Origin: Octopus sinensis
Taxonomy: Eukaryota
DNA: 64,000 nucleotides
NCBI RefSeq assembly: GCF_006345805.1
Contig: NC_042999.1
Location: 123,566,001 to 123,630,000 of the forward strand
Direction of reading: 5' to 3'
In this document: one piece after another, positions 38,267 through 51,329 of the stretch
Position numbering within the stretch: the stretch's first letter is position 1
Layout: every line of letters starts with the position of its first letter
Notes under the pieces: model-generated
The model's database searches: none
The model's input: only the letters and a program-made list of their open reading frames with translations
Told to the model about the DNA's origin: nothing
Program-made: the position numbers and the translations under genes

Positions 38267-38684
38267 TGGGGACTTTGGAACAAGAAGCACATGTCAACCA
38301 ATTGAAGTGCAAAATACATTGTAGCAATAACATTATATACCCTACTTTATAGATTAGAAGCAATGATGATATATCACAAATAAAAAAGCTGCATTTATAA
38401 AATACCTTTGACAAATCATAAGCAATACATGAAAAGTTAAGGTCATGAACACTTTCATTCAAGTATAGAAGAAAGAAAGATGCAACAAAACCTTGCCTGT
38501 GTTGGTCATGTCCAACTAATGGCAGAAAAAATATTCTACTCACAACTAAATAATGTTACAAGAATTCAGAGTAGACGCCCCACTAAGACAGACAATGTGT
38601 CTAAATGAGGAGATTGGATTTTACAGCATGCTCCTGATTGACAGAAATAGTGAAGATAAAAAGAAAAATTTACAGGCTTGGCTG

Positions 38685-39065
38685 TGTGGTAAGAAGATTC
38701 TTTTCCAACCACATGGTTCCAGGTTCAGTCCCACTGTGTGGCATCTTGGGCAAGTATCTTCTACTATATCTTAGATCTGACCAAAACCATGTGAGTGGAT
38801 TTGGTTGATAGAAACTGAAAGAAGCCCACCACACACACACACATATATATACATACAGTATATATGTGCATGTGTGTGTCTTTTTTGTCTGTGTTTGTCT
38901 CTCCATCGCCACTTGACAACCAGTGTTGGTGTTTTTATGTTCCTATAACTTAGTGGTTCAGCAAAAGAAATTGATAGAATAATTACTAGGCTTAAAAAAT
39001 AAAGCCTGGGGTTGATTTGTTCAACCAGCGTAGTCACAGTTTATATGACTGAAACAAGTAAAAGA
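38685..39065 (+). mobile_element. Near full-length SINE family A
   Basis: GGCTTGGCTGTGTGGTAAGAAG head through GACTGAAACAAGTAAAAGAATAAAAG tail. Confidence 0.85.
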
Positions 39066-39192
39066 ATAAAAGTATACTGATAGTACAATGTCCAAAATTT
39101 CATACAGACAGTCATTATCAACAGTAAATGGATTGCTTATGTACATACACACCCACAGAATATATGATTTGTGATTACTGTGTTAGACTCAC

Positions 39193-39269
39193 AGCTGTAA
39201 GACTATGTGTTTTGGCATTCTGTATCCTTGAGCACAACATTTTATTGGAAACTGTTTCAGTCAAGCTAA
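39193..39269 (-). CDS. Candidate internal coding exon of an unidentified minus-strand gene
   Basis: Acceptor tacttgttttcAG, donor GTGAGT; open frame xSLTETVSNKMLCSRIQNAKTHSLTA, phase 1 to 0. No homology recognised. Confidence 0.2.
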
Positions 39270-39438
39270 CTGAAAACAAGTACCAGTAACAGCTGATGCT
39301 GTTCATCTTGTGGTCTCTTGTCCTCTTCATTAGAGAAAGTCTTGCATTTTTTTTTGTCAATTGACTCTTCAGAAATCAGGAAAGGCTCTGGCCTAATTAG
39401 CTTGCATGCTTGATAATGATGATGATGATAATAATAAA

Positions 39439-39470
<32 letters not shown>

Positions 39471-41874
39471 GCATATATGACAGGCTCATGCATGATTTCT
39501 GCCCACTAAATTCTACTCACAAAGCATTAGTAACACTGATATTGCAATAGAAGACACTTGTCCAAGGTGATGTACAGCAGGATCAAACCTGGAACTATGT
39601 GCTCGTGGAGCAAACTTCTAAAGCACATAACTACCCATACATACGGCATAAGTTTGTAAATAAATTTACATGCGTATGCTTAATAAATATTCCTTTGGCT
39701 TCACTATACAAATAGACCACAACTTTAAAATTTGGGACAGAATAATTACAGGTAAGTTTATAAACACATTAAAAGTATGTATGTTTAACAGCTATACATT
39801 TTGCTTTTATGAGCAAATTTATGTATAATATAATCCCACTGCATCGTTATTTTAGGTAATTAATCTACAATACTAATAAATAAAATAATATACAAATAAG
39901 CAAAAGCAATGCCTGTTGTCCATTGCATTTCTCTTAAATAACTGTAAGCTGCCCCCTCCCATCTCTCCCTCTATAAATAACCTGAATTTAGAACTCTTGA
40001 TGAGCTGGTAACAACAGGCAAAATCAGACACTGATTTACATGCATTAGGATCTAAGAGAAGTATGATTTCAACTATTGGAATGATTAAGCAAACATAGCA
40101 ACTAAAGATATTTCTTCCAATTTCCAAATTGTATTACAAATATATATTAAAAATAAGTTTGTATATCTATGAATCTGCAAAAAAAATTATTTGATTTATT
40201 CTGTCAATACCAACTAACCTTGGAGAAAAATTTGATAAAAATAATGAATTCTACCTCTCAAACATATCTCACAGAGAATATGAAATTTAGGATAAAGTCA
40301 AAATTCTATGTGATGATGAACTAGTATGTTGAATTCTTATATTTCAAATTCCCATCACTTATGAATATTAAACAGAAAAGAGAAAGAAAAACAAATTTCA
40401 TCTAATACCTGACATTGAAGCTGCTCTGGAGTATAAAACTTCAACAACTGGGTTGTACTAACATTTTATTTTTATCTCTGATTGCCAGTATAAATCAATA
40501 TGGTATCATTTTGCTCAGTATTTCAAACCAGACTTTCTTATCTGTTGATCAAATAATATATTCTCTCTGTTCATTCTATTCTATTTTCTGGTTTGAATTA
40601 ATATAGAAAAATGAAATCATGTCTCTTATTGTAGTTTAGTAAATTATCAGATATTTATTTTTATACCTTATATAAAGATCAAAGACAATTGCAAGTGGAA
40701 AAAGGAATATGCAAAAGAAAATTATGGCTATCAACAGGAGTGGCAAAAATAATCACTTTTTCTTTGAGCATGTTAATAAGATTACTTGTTTTATTTCCCA
40801 GACATGTATTTCACACTTCAAAGCTTTGAATTTGTAATGCTATTTCATTACAAGACATGCATATATTCATCAAAGCTTCTGATCTCTACAGTTTAAAACT
40901 TCAATATTTGAGATAAAAATAAGCGTACAAATCAAATATATTCCAATTGATGACAAACTGTCAGTGGTAGTTTAATTTGCCAAGTCTCAAATCTTGGCAA
41001 ATATGCTATTTTCTGTTCTGGAGGAGATTTGACAGATTTCAGCTTCAAAATACAATCTCAGTAACGTGACCAGAAAATGAAAAATTACAGAGAGCAAATA
41101 TTCTTTAGAAATTTCACAACGAATTAAAACCTGAGCCTTTTCCTGTTTCATGTATTCTTGTTTCCCTTATTGCTAATATGAAACAAATGAATAGCAATGG
41201 GAGCTGTCAATTAGAATTATTAACAATAGCTAAATGTTGATAAATTCATTTTGTTTTATAAGGACTACTTTATAAGAATTGAAAATTGGGAAAAAATATA
41301 TCTTAATAAAATAATCCAGTAGATTAACAATAATCAGATAAACCTAAGGAGCATTCTTTGTTACTCCAAGATTCTATATTCTATATATTTCAATAACTTG
41401 ATCCTTATGATAGACAAATGAGTTTTAATTATATTTATTTCAAGGATTTTATTTCTAAAGTTAACTATGCTATATTATATTGTCTTTCATTTCCAGTAAC
41501 TTGAAACATGGAGCCTAATGTGAAAATCCCAAGCCAACAGAGATGCTTTTATGTCAATGATTCCCAACCTAAAGACCATGGAATCTTGTGACGCCACAAA
41601 GGTATGACTTGCAATCTAAGAATTGAGCTCAAATCTTTAAATAAGTTAAAATAAAATGCATCAATTTTCAGTTGCATATAATTATTCAGTATTATAATAT
41701 CTTTCAAATGATTTGAGAAATGTGTTTGTTGTTAGTTTATTTGACAAAATTGGTTTATTCAGTTGGTAACTATTAAAAATAGCGTTTTTAACACACCAAG
41801 TCCATAGGAGATGTTGGAGTGACAAACACACACAAATATATACATATACATACATACACACACACATATATACA

Positions 41875-42030
41875 ATAAAGTTCTTTCAGTTTCTGTCTAT
41901 CAAATCCACTCACAAGGCTTTGGTCAGGCCAAGGCTATAGTAGAAGACACTTGTCCAAGGTGCCATGCAGTGGAACTGAACCCAGAACCATGTGGTTGGG
42001 AAGTAAGCTTCTTACAACACACCCATGCCT
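41875..42030 (-). mobile_element. SINE family A 5' half
   Basis: TTTCAGTTTCTGTCTATCAAATCCACTCACAAGGC...GGAACTGAACCCAGAACCATGTGGTTGG. Confidence 0.85.
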
Positions 42031-43004
42031 AAAGAGAGAGATGGAAGATGCAAAAATTGTCGTAATCAATAAAAATTCTTGTATCTTTCATATCTCTCAG
42101 TAATCAAATACTCAACCAATACTGAGCCAGTGAACATGCTTTACCAGCAAACTACCAGGTGTCTACCATACAATTTATTAACTAATATATATATATGTGT
42201 GTGTGTGTATGAGACACAACATATTCGTCATGATCTTATCTGTTTCTGTTGAAAAGGGGTGGACATATGGGACAACTGAAATACAATCTTGTTGCAATGT
42301 TGATTCAGCTCATCCTCTGAGGATCAAAGTATTCTGTGATGTAAACTCATCAGTAGCAACTAGACCATCATTGGTCTGCTTTTAGTGTGTATAACCTACA
42401 TCAGGCAAAACTTATTTTGTACAATAACATATATATCAGTCGTTCATATTACACATCCAGAAGAACAAGTAGTCATCTCTCCTGTTGTTTTTTCTGTTGC
42501 AACCTATCCAGTTTAGAGTTAAAAAAAAAAAAAAGATGAAAAAGATGGTCCTAATCAATTTTCATCACTGCTGCTAGGCAAGTATGAACCATAGAGAATG
42601 ATAAGTCATCATGTCAGAGCAATTTTCTTTTCATTATTATTTCTCTCTATAGCTGCATACTGCATTATTTTGAAGATCAAAAGTCAAATATTTCTATCCT
42701 TTATGGAATGTTTTCTGAAATTGGTTTAATATATTTCTATTTTCTTAAAGTGCAAAAGTTCAAATTGGGGCTCAAACATCTAAATTTTCAAATATTTGTA
42801 ATATAATTGAAAAACTCAAACTCAAAGCTTTGGGCTAGTTTAGTTTCTGTGATAGAATCCCAGAAACATTTTATGTATGCACATGCACACACACACACAT
42901 ACACACACATTTGCGGACAAACTGTCACACATGGATACATAAATACATTCATACACAAAAATTCATACATACATACATACATAGATACCTACACACACAC
43001 ACAT

Positions 43005-43260
43005 ATAATTGTTAAAGAGGACAAAATACGTTAAGGCAAGGCAAACATCTGAAGTCATATACATTATTATTACTATTGGTAAAGATTCAAAGTCTTACAG
43101 CTGTATCTGGGATATCCCAGAATATGGGATATTCCGTCATCGGAGACAAATGGGGAAAATGAGAAGGGTATAGATTAATGAAATTATGACATAGAGGACA
43201 GGAGAAAAGGAATAAGGAGATGAAAAAGAGAAGAAAAAGAAGTATAAACGTTTACAGTTC
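43005..43260 (-). mobile_element. Penelope-type terminal-repeat fragment with a decayed hammerhead (43092-43146)
   Basis: Minus strand GTCT-CCGATGA-CGGAATATCCC/ATATTCT/GGGATATCCCA-GATAC-AGCT-GTA-AGAC, preceded by a pyrimidine-rich tract. Confidence 0.55.
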
Positions 43261-43920
43261 AACTTACCGATCTGGTAGAAATAAGGACTTATGGACTTCT
43301 AACCCCACTAGGTTTCCCACTGTGGGGATGAGGTGAACCGAGAAAAAAGGGCCTGTGACATAAGTGGCTGAGGGGCTCTACTGGAAGAGTAGGAGTGAGA
43401 GATGTTACATGAGTGGAAGTAGGACCAGCGTAGGCCTCTTCATTTTGGGGAGATCATGGCAGATGGATGCGTGTGGATGTATGAGCTAGAGAGGGAATTT
43501 GGTAAGTTCTGGTGATAGATTAAGCAGGTAGGGCACTTATCAGATGTAACACAGCTGGATAGTCGATGTGGCAAAGGAAACAGGAAGGTAGGTGACTCAC
43601 ACTTTGTTCCTCATACAACACCCATCCTTAAAAAAAATACATGTCAAGTGTGAAAATACCTCAAGTTGCTTCTATCCAACAAGGCCACTTACTTTGACAA
43701 TAATCCTTACATTAAAACATTACACTACAGAACATTGTCTCTTTACTCAACAAACCTTTGAATCTCTCACTCTCTAAAGGGACATACTGAGACATTTAGA
43801 TATATGTTGTAGGGTATTGCATTCTCAAGAAAGGCAACTATTTTGACCCAGCCAACTATCATCTCATTGCTCTCACCTCCAACATCTTCAAGTTAATAGT
43901 GACAGACATTAACAATGGTG

Positions 43921-44045
43921 GAGGCACGTGGCTTAGTGGTTAGGGTGTCAGCACCATAATTGTAAGATTGTGGTTTTGATCCCTGGACCGGGCAAAACAC
44001 TTCCTTTCACATTGCTCCAGTCCACACAGCTGGCAAAAATGAGTA
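43921..44045 (+). mobile_element. SINE family C 5' part
   Basis: GGCACGTGGCTTAGTGGTTAGGG...TTGCTCCAGTCCACACAGCTGGCAAAAATGAG. Confidence 0.8.
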
Positions 44046-44047
44046 AA

Positions 44048-44282
44048 AAGGTGGCAAGCTGGCAGAAACGTTAGCATACCGGGAGAAATGCTTAGCGGTA
44101 TTTCGTCTGCAGCTACATTCTGAGTTCAAATTCTGTGGAGGTGGACTTTGCCTTTCATCCTTTCGGGGTCGATAAATAAAGTACCAGTTACGCGCTGGGT
44201 CGATATAATCGACTTAATCCATTTGTCTGTCTTTGTTTGTCCTCTCTGTGTGTAGCCCCTTGTGGGCAGTAAAGAAATAAGA
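44048..44282 (+). mobile_element. Young full-length SINE family B
   Basis: GGTGGCAAGCTGGCAGAAACGTTAGC...GCCTTTCATCCTTTCGGGGTCGATAAATAAAGTACC...CCCCTTGTGGGCAGTAAAGAAATAA. Confidence 0.9.
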
Positions 44283-44760
44283 CATTAACAATGTCATTTT
44301 TTATCCCCTTCAATCCCTCCCTCTTTTCATTGAACCAGATCCACTGGATACTTACTTATTTCACTCAGCATTGGGCTCTTTCCTTAGAGAAGTTTGGGGA
44401 AAATAATGTAATTGCTCAAGACATCAGCAGAGCCAGACTGTACTTAGCATACATATCAGTGCTACCAAAACTTCCTGTAAATACTTTGTTTAGTACTGAT
44501 AATGGACAGAGTCAAAAACTATTGAGCAGGTTGCAAGAAGCAATTAAAACTTTGGAAAAAATAAGTACATAAATTAATTGAGGGGAAATTGAACTGGTGA
44601 GTGTGTTAGGTAATAAGGCGAAAAACAAAATGACTCTCCCCAGACACGACAAAATATGTTTGTGCATATAGTCTTCATGCATCTTTCATTTCTTGTATCA
44701 GTAGCTGCCTATCAGATTGCACCCCAGCTGTATGTGTTAATGATGTTCTTTGTGTCTTAC

Positions 44761-44913
44761 TTGCAATCAACTTTTGCATGTCCCAGGGTCTAATTATATC
44801 CTCCACTGCATGTTCATATGCATTGTGTATGTCTTGTACTTCATGATATAACCCTCCTCTGCTTTTAATTTTTACAGATATTTCTGTTTTATTCCCTTGG
44901 GCCTTTAGTTGTT
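44761..44913 (-). CDS. Best candidate coding exon (153 nt, symmetric phase 1) of an unidentified gene
   Basis: Acceptor ttgttttaactcgctAG, donor GTAAGA; open frame EQLKAQGNKTEISVKIKSRGGLYHEVQDIHNAYEHAVEDIIRPWDMQKLIA with ordinary globular composition. No repeat homology seen; protein family not recognised. Confidence 0.35.
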
Positions 44914-44959
44914 CTAGCGAGTTAAAACAATTGTATATCTGAGTATATACCTACCTATG

Positions 44960-45376
44960 GTACAAAAGTTGTTCTCCTGATGGTAGTGCAATCCTCCAGG
45001 ACAATAATGCACAATTTCACATGGCTAATGTTATTCAAAATTGGTATGAAGAACACAAAAGTGAAGTAAGCTATTTGTATTGGTTCCCACAATCTCTGGA
45101 TTGCAATATAACTGAACATATATGATGTATTTTGGAGATAAAAAAGTGAGAAGCCATTTCCCTCTGCAATCATTGTTGAAAGAGCTGAAGTTTGTTTTAT
45201 TTGAAAAATGGTTAAAAATTTCTCTAACAGCCTTTCAGAACTTGTATGAGTCAATTTCTCAATATATTAAAGATTAATAGATATATATCACTGATGTCAC
45301 AGGTGGATCATCTCCTCATTAAATAATAAAACTTCCATTTAACAACACGTTTCTAGTATTTTGTTCAACCTCTGTA
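44960..45376 (+). mobile_element. Tc1-like transposon 3' remnant
   Basis: ILQDNNAQFHMANVIQNWYEEH...WFPQSLDCNITEHI* resembles QDxNAPxH...WPPQSPDLNxIEHxW. Terminal TTGTTCAACCTCTG-TA is TIR-like. Confidence 0.8.
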
Positions 45377-46594
45377 TTTACACGTACATGCACACACACA
45401 TAAAATGTATAAATTTACACAAACACACACGTGTTTATGTATGAATTCTGCTTTATTAGATTATATTTTGCTTAAATCTACTTAAATCTATAATAAACTT
45501 TCAGCTTCTCATATTATTAGTAGATATCTGCAATACAGTCAGATTGTTAGAAACATGGCTGAAAAAAAAATTTGCAAAAGAAAATACTAAAATCGCCACA
45601 TATTATTTGTAGGAATAAAAATACAGAAGATAAAAATCAAGGAAATTCTGTGGTACTGTTCTTCATAATTGACAATGCTAAACTATAAAACATGAAGCTT
45701 GAGAAAAGAAAATATTTTTCTCGAGTAGCTCTTTGACTGAGTGCATATGAAATATGTTTCAGAATGTTTTTACAAGATAATAGAATTCTGGCTCTTGATT
45801 AAGAAGAAAATTCAGTGCCTGTGGTCTTTATAGAACTTCCTAGACTGGAAAATCAAGGAAAATAGATGATATTAGAGCAGTGTACAGTTTAAGTTAATTT
45901 TTTTTTTTTTCAAATTAGTAGTTGAAAAATCATGCACTTGAGATATATATGAATGATGTTTAGTGCATTGTCTGCAAGGTGAGACATAGTGATGCTGATG
46001 ATGATGACAAGGGGAAACACTGGCAATAAGGAGTTTCTGTCAGTCTTTCTATGGCAATGCTACTGAGTTGCCAATTTTGGACAATTAAAGGCCATTGTAG
46101 TAATGGTAGAAAGATGTAGGAGCAGTGTGATATTCTCAGTAATTGGATGATGTCAGTGGGTTTAGCTTATTTTTTGTCAAGAAGACTGAATGCTGTCCAA
46201 GTGCATGTGTGTTTGTGTATATGTGTGTGTATGTACATCGTAAGCGGTATCTCAGTGTAGGATATATTTTTAGCTTTATATAAGGTTATCAACTGTTTAG
46301 GCTTGAAGTAATTTTACATGGATCCCACAATGTAATTTGGTAGAGTGGAATATATAGGATACGATTGCTATGAAAGTTTCTCAAATACGGTTATATCTAA
46401 GAACACATAATCAGCACAGGTAGTTTTATGATAGACTTGTGAATTCTTTATAAAGAGAAATGTGTATCGAAGTTTTGTATATTTGAAATGCCTTGAGAAT
46501 GTTTTTGCACTTTTGAATAAAGCTAAATCTTTTAACCTCTGTTGCAGAGCTAGCAGGCATTCTAAATAAAAAGTATTGAAATAAATATTGAGAG

Positions 46595-46760
46595 GTGCAG
46601 GTGTATTTGTCTGGTTAAGAAGTTCATTTACTAAACATATGGTTTTGGGTTCAGTCCTACTGTGTGGCAGCTTGGGTAAATGTTTTCTGCTATGGCCTTG
46701 GACCAACCAGAGCTTTGTGAGTGGAATTGGTAGGCAAACCTTGAAAGGAGCCAGCCATGT
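46595..46760 (+). mobile_element. SINE family A 5' half followed by a (TG)n tract
   Basis: GGTGTATTTGTCTGGTTAAGAAG...GGGTTCAGTCCTACTG...GTGAGTGGAATTGG. Confidence 0.75.
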
Positions 46761-46764
46761 GTGC

Positions 46765-46834
<70 letters not shown>

Positions 46835-46839
46835 GTACA

Positions 46840-47778
46840 TATTAGGTGACCAAGTTAGTAGTGGTGGAGGTTCTGAAAGCATAGCTACTAGAATAAGAAT
46901 AGACTGGGCAAAGTTCAGAGAGCTACTACCTCTGTTAGTAATGAAGAGCCTCTCCCTTAGAGTGAAAGGCAGATTGCATGATGCCTGTGTATGAATTGCT
47001 ATGCTACTTGGCAGTTAGATATGGGCTGTGAATACTGAGGACATATGAAAGTTTGAAAGAAATGAAGCCAGTATGCTCCACTGGATGGGTAATGTCAGTG
47101 TGCATATTTGACAGAGTGTAAGTGATTTGAGAGAAAAACTGAGTATACAAGGCATCAGATGTAGCAAGCAAGAGAGAAGACTGTACTGGTATGCCTATGT
47201 AATGTGTATAAATGAAGGCAGTTGCATCGAGAAGTGCTTATCTCTAATTGTTGAAGGAACATGTGAAAGAGGTAGATCCAGGAAGACATGAGATGAATGG
47301 TGAGAAAGGATCTTCAAACATTGGGCCTCACCAAGGGAATGTCAGAGGACTGAGACACCTGGCAGTTTGCTGTGCTTAAGACAGGTCAAGCTAGGTAAAA
47401 TCAGGGTTGTCCTTGCATACATACATGTCCCTTGCATCCCTCTTCAGCTGAATGCTCCTAATCTTGTAGACTCATGGGTGCTGGTGTCATGTAAAAAGCA
47501 TTCATGCAGTGCTACTGTTATGTCGCACGTTCGGATGCCTCTACTACTCAACTCGACTCTCTACTCTAGTCTACTGCTACTACCTGACGTCTAGGCTTCT
47601 CCCTATATATCTGCGTATTGGACTAGCCTACTTCAACGTCTGGGGGCATCCACACAACAGCTACATAAAACACCCAGTACACTCTGTAAAGGGATAAATG
47701 TTAGGAAGGGTTTCCAGCCATAGAAACAGACATGATGCCCAAGCCTCACACAACCAGCCAGTCCTGTCAAACCATCCC
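46840..47778 (+). mobile_element. RTE LINE 3' portion (decayed ORF2 end and 3' UTR)
   Basis: LGDQVSSGGGSESIATRIRIDWAKFRELLPLLVMKSLSLRVKGRLHDACV, homologous to 12691-13258. Confidence 0.9.
47516..47659. mobile_element. 144-bp solo-LTR-like insertion in the RTE 3' UTR
   Basis: Starts TGTT, ends AACA; 5-bp TSD GCTAC at 47511-47515 and 47660-47664; sub-terminal inverted GGATGCC/GGCATCC; TATATAT at 47604-47610. Confidence 0.7.
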
Positions 47779-48690
47779 AGTAGCATAAAAATCCCGCATT
47801 CTGGTGGCGATGAAATCGTTGAAGGCGTTTTTGCCATTGTCTTGGTTTTTTAAGCATTTCTCACACAGGAGGTTGTCGAGATGCTTGAAAAAGTGGTAGT
47901 TGGTAGGCAAGAGGTCTGATGAGTATGACGGATAAGGCAGAGTTTCGTAGCCCAATTCATTCAACTTCTGCAGGGTCAGTTGTGTGACATGTGGCTGAGT
48001 GTTGTCGTGGAGAAGAATTGGTCCTTTTCTATTGACCAATGCTGGCTGTTATCAGATTTTTTTATGCATTTCATCCATTTGCTGACAGCATTTCTACACC
48101 ATAATGGTTTCGCCAGGATCCAAAAAGCTGTGATGGATGAGACAAGCTGCAGACCACCAAACAGTCACCATGACATTCTTTTGGTGCAACTTTGGCTTCA
48201 GGAAGTGCCATGGAGCTTCGTCAGCGTCCAACCACTGAGCTGAGCATCGCCAGTTGTTGTAAAGAATCCACTTTCCATCGCAAATCACAATCCGGTCGAG
48301 AAATAGGTCATTCTTGTTGTGTAAAAAAAGGGAAAGTAACTCTTCAAAACGGCGTGGTTTTTTTTTTAGTTGTCATTCAATTCATACAGCACCCATTTCT
48401 CAAGTATTTTTGTTTTTCCAATCTCTTTCAAGTGGTTGGAAATTGTTGTATACATTACGTCTAATTCAGAAGCAAGCTCTCGAACAGTTGTGCATGGATT
48501 GGCTTCAACTGTGCATGGATTGGCTCTTAGTTGATTGCTGTCAACGTCCGATGGCCGACCACTATGCTTATCATCTTCAAGACTCTCATCGCCATTACGA
48601 AATTTTTTTAAACCACCATTGTGCTGTATGTTCATTAGTGGTTCCTGGGCCAAATGCATCGTTGATATCATTAATGCCATTTGGAAATGT
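47779..48690 (-). pseudogene. mariner (DD34D-type) transposase pseudogene
   Basis: INDAFGPGT, FKKFRNGDESLEDDKHSGRP (HTH), WVLYEL (WVPHEL-like), ICDGKWILY, LLHDNTQPH and YSSDLLPTNYHFF (YSPDLxPxDY-like, 34-residue spacing), spread over several frames. Confidence 0.92.
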
Positions 48691-48754
48691 GTTAATGTTG
48701 CAACATCCCTATCTTATCCTCACCAATTCCAATGTACTGTTTTTGAGACATTAA

Positions 48755-48974
48755 CTCTTTAGCATTCAAATTACTCTGTCAAATATAATGCTTATTTATT
48801 CACATTGTTTTGAATTAATTATGCATTATCCTTTAGCTTCAAGTTTTCGATGGTGTAATTACTTATTCTTAAAATAACATTGTAGGATAGGTGTGAGAAG
48901 CCAGATCTGGCCACATTGAACATAAAATAGATAGAATATTTGGGCTGGATATGGCCTATTTAAATGCTAATGGG
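48755..48974. mobile_element. piggyBac-type MITE (TTAA TSD), a second family
   Basis: TTAA|CTCTTTAGCATTCAAA ... TTTAAATGCTAATGGG|TTAA. Confidence 0.8.
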
Positions 48975-49983
48975 TTAATGAAAGAACTATTGCAAGCCTT
49001 GCACAGAAATTGAGGTGTTTTAAAATATCATGATGGATGGGCTTCTTCTTTTATAATAAATAACTGTTTTGACATAAGTTGGGAAAATTCTGAAATGAAC
49101 TTTAGACCTTATAGAAACAACACCATTTTGATAACAAGTTAAATGGTTTTGCAAGTATCAAATGTAACAAAAAAAAGAAGAAAAAGCAAAAAAAGAAAAA
49201 AATATTTCCCTCCCAAACAAATAGCACAACTATCAAGTACTCATTAGAGGAGTGAAATAGAATATGATAACAATATGTCACTGTATTGTTTTCTTTATAC
49301 ATTTTACCAGACTTTCTTATTTATTTAAATGCTATAACAACATATTTGACAAATATTAAGATGCTTAATAAACCCATTGTTACTCTCCCTTTCTCTCTAA
49401 ATGAGGATATGAATGCATATAACATGTGTCTTATATGTTTGCTGTATCAGTCAAAATATTTCCTGTGTTTTAACCTCTCTTCCTCTCTCTTTCCCACTTT
49501 TGCTTTTTATTTCCATGTAATTTTCATTTTGGCTTTTTTTTTTTTTGCTTTGCTCAGCTGGGAGTCAGTTATATCAGATGGACCTTTCAGATTTCACAGG
49601 GGAAAAGAAGAGAACAAGAACTGAAACTGAAGAGAAAAACAAAAACAGGTATTACATGCTAGACATTCAAAATATTCTAGTTTCAAACTGCTGATAGAGA
49701 GATTGTCTGTTGAAACTTTTTCTACTTTCTGAGAGTCTGTGACACAGTTAGTTAAATAATACTAAGAAGAATCACCAAATCAACTATCTGTATTATCCTC
49801 TTGTAGCCCATTTCACTTAAATGCTTACAAAAGAATGAAAATCAGTTAAATTCCTCTAATTTCTAGAAGATAATCTTCTACTTATGTAGTGGTGACCTAA
49901 CACCATTTAAAACATAGATTACTGTTGTGTCTTTCAAATCATCAGAGTAATCATATATATCTCTCACCCTCTCTCTTTCCCTG

Positions 49984-50045
<62 letters not shown>

Positions 50046-50054
50046 GATCTATCT
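49984..50054. repeat. (TCTA)n microsatellite
   Basis: Direct reading. Confidence 0.95.
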
Positions 50055-51329
50055 GTCTTTGGATAAGAATAACGTCTACTATTTTGCTATTGCTGTGGAA
50101 ATCCTTTCTTTCTAGTATTTGAAGTGGGAATAGATGCTTTAGCATGGCATAGGTTATTGGAATTTACATATATATATATACAAGTGATAGTGTTAGGGCA
50201 CTATATTCAAGCTAATCACAAGAAGCAGCTTGTTAAAGGAAGGACTAGACATGAGTAAGAGAAAATGAGGTGAAAGGGGTCAGAACAATGTAGTTTAGGA
50301 TGAAAAGGAAAAAAAGAGTAGGAGAAAGGAAAATGAAAGAAAGCATTTTGAAGATGATGCATCCAGGCAGATTTGGCATCAAACTGAACAGTGATGTGGT
50401 AACGAAAGTCCCATGGGGTTGGTCAAGTAAGATAGAATTGTTTTCATCATTATGATTTCAAAGGGGCAATAACAATGAGCAAAGAAAAACTAAGAGATGT
50501 GGCTTATGCATTGATTGTATCAGTGCTAGAGAAGAAGGGAGAACTTCCAGCAGAGTTTCATATTTTATAATCCTTTTTCAGATACCTGCTTTCAGCTACG
50601 AATAAAAAGAGAGTGAAGAAAGATGGAGAATGAAAGAAGAAGAGAAGAAAAAAAGAAAGGAAACAAGGTTTCTCACTCTAAAATTGTCTTTCAATGAAAT
50701 TTTCTTTTGCCTTCTACAACAAAAATTACTGAGGTAATGAAAGAGCTTCAGTACAATTTGCTAGAAATAGTGACCAAATCTTTTTGATATCACACCCTAT
50801 CATCTTTAAAAAAGACTGATTGGATTATATAATCCCAAGTAATATTCTTGAAAATAAAAGAAAAAGAAAAACAAAGAAAAAAACTCACAGGATTATCATG
50901 GCTGGAATACTTTTTATCATAGATCTGGTTAATCAGGAGTGGTTTGGGCCTAAATAATGATTATGGATTCTGATCCTCTTTCATGAACTTAAAAACAAAA
51001 GTACAAATTGAGGACAAATCTATTGAATTCAGATATAGTAACCTTTGGTCGAGATTTGGTAAAAATTTAGTAAATATTAGGAATTAGTAATTACATAAAA
51101 ATAGATATAACTTAGTAAAACATTAAAACAGTGGTTTTCAAACAGCGTGTCTAAAGGGGTGTGTAAATGCACCATGAAATTTTAAGAATATGATTTTAAG
51201 GTTTTAGAAAATTCATAGTAATGCTTGAGTGCCTTGAAAATTTGTTCATAACTTTGCTGTATACCTGTATTGTAAATAAGACAAGATATCTCTGTTTATC
51301 TTTTATCTTTTACCTGTTTTAATCATTAG

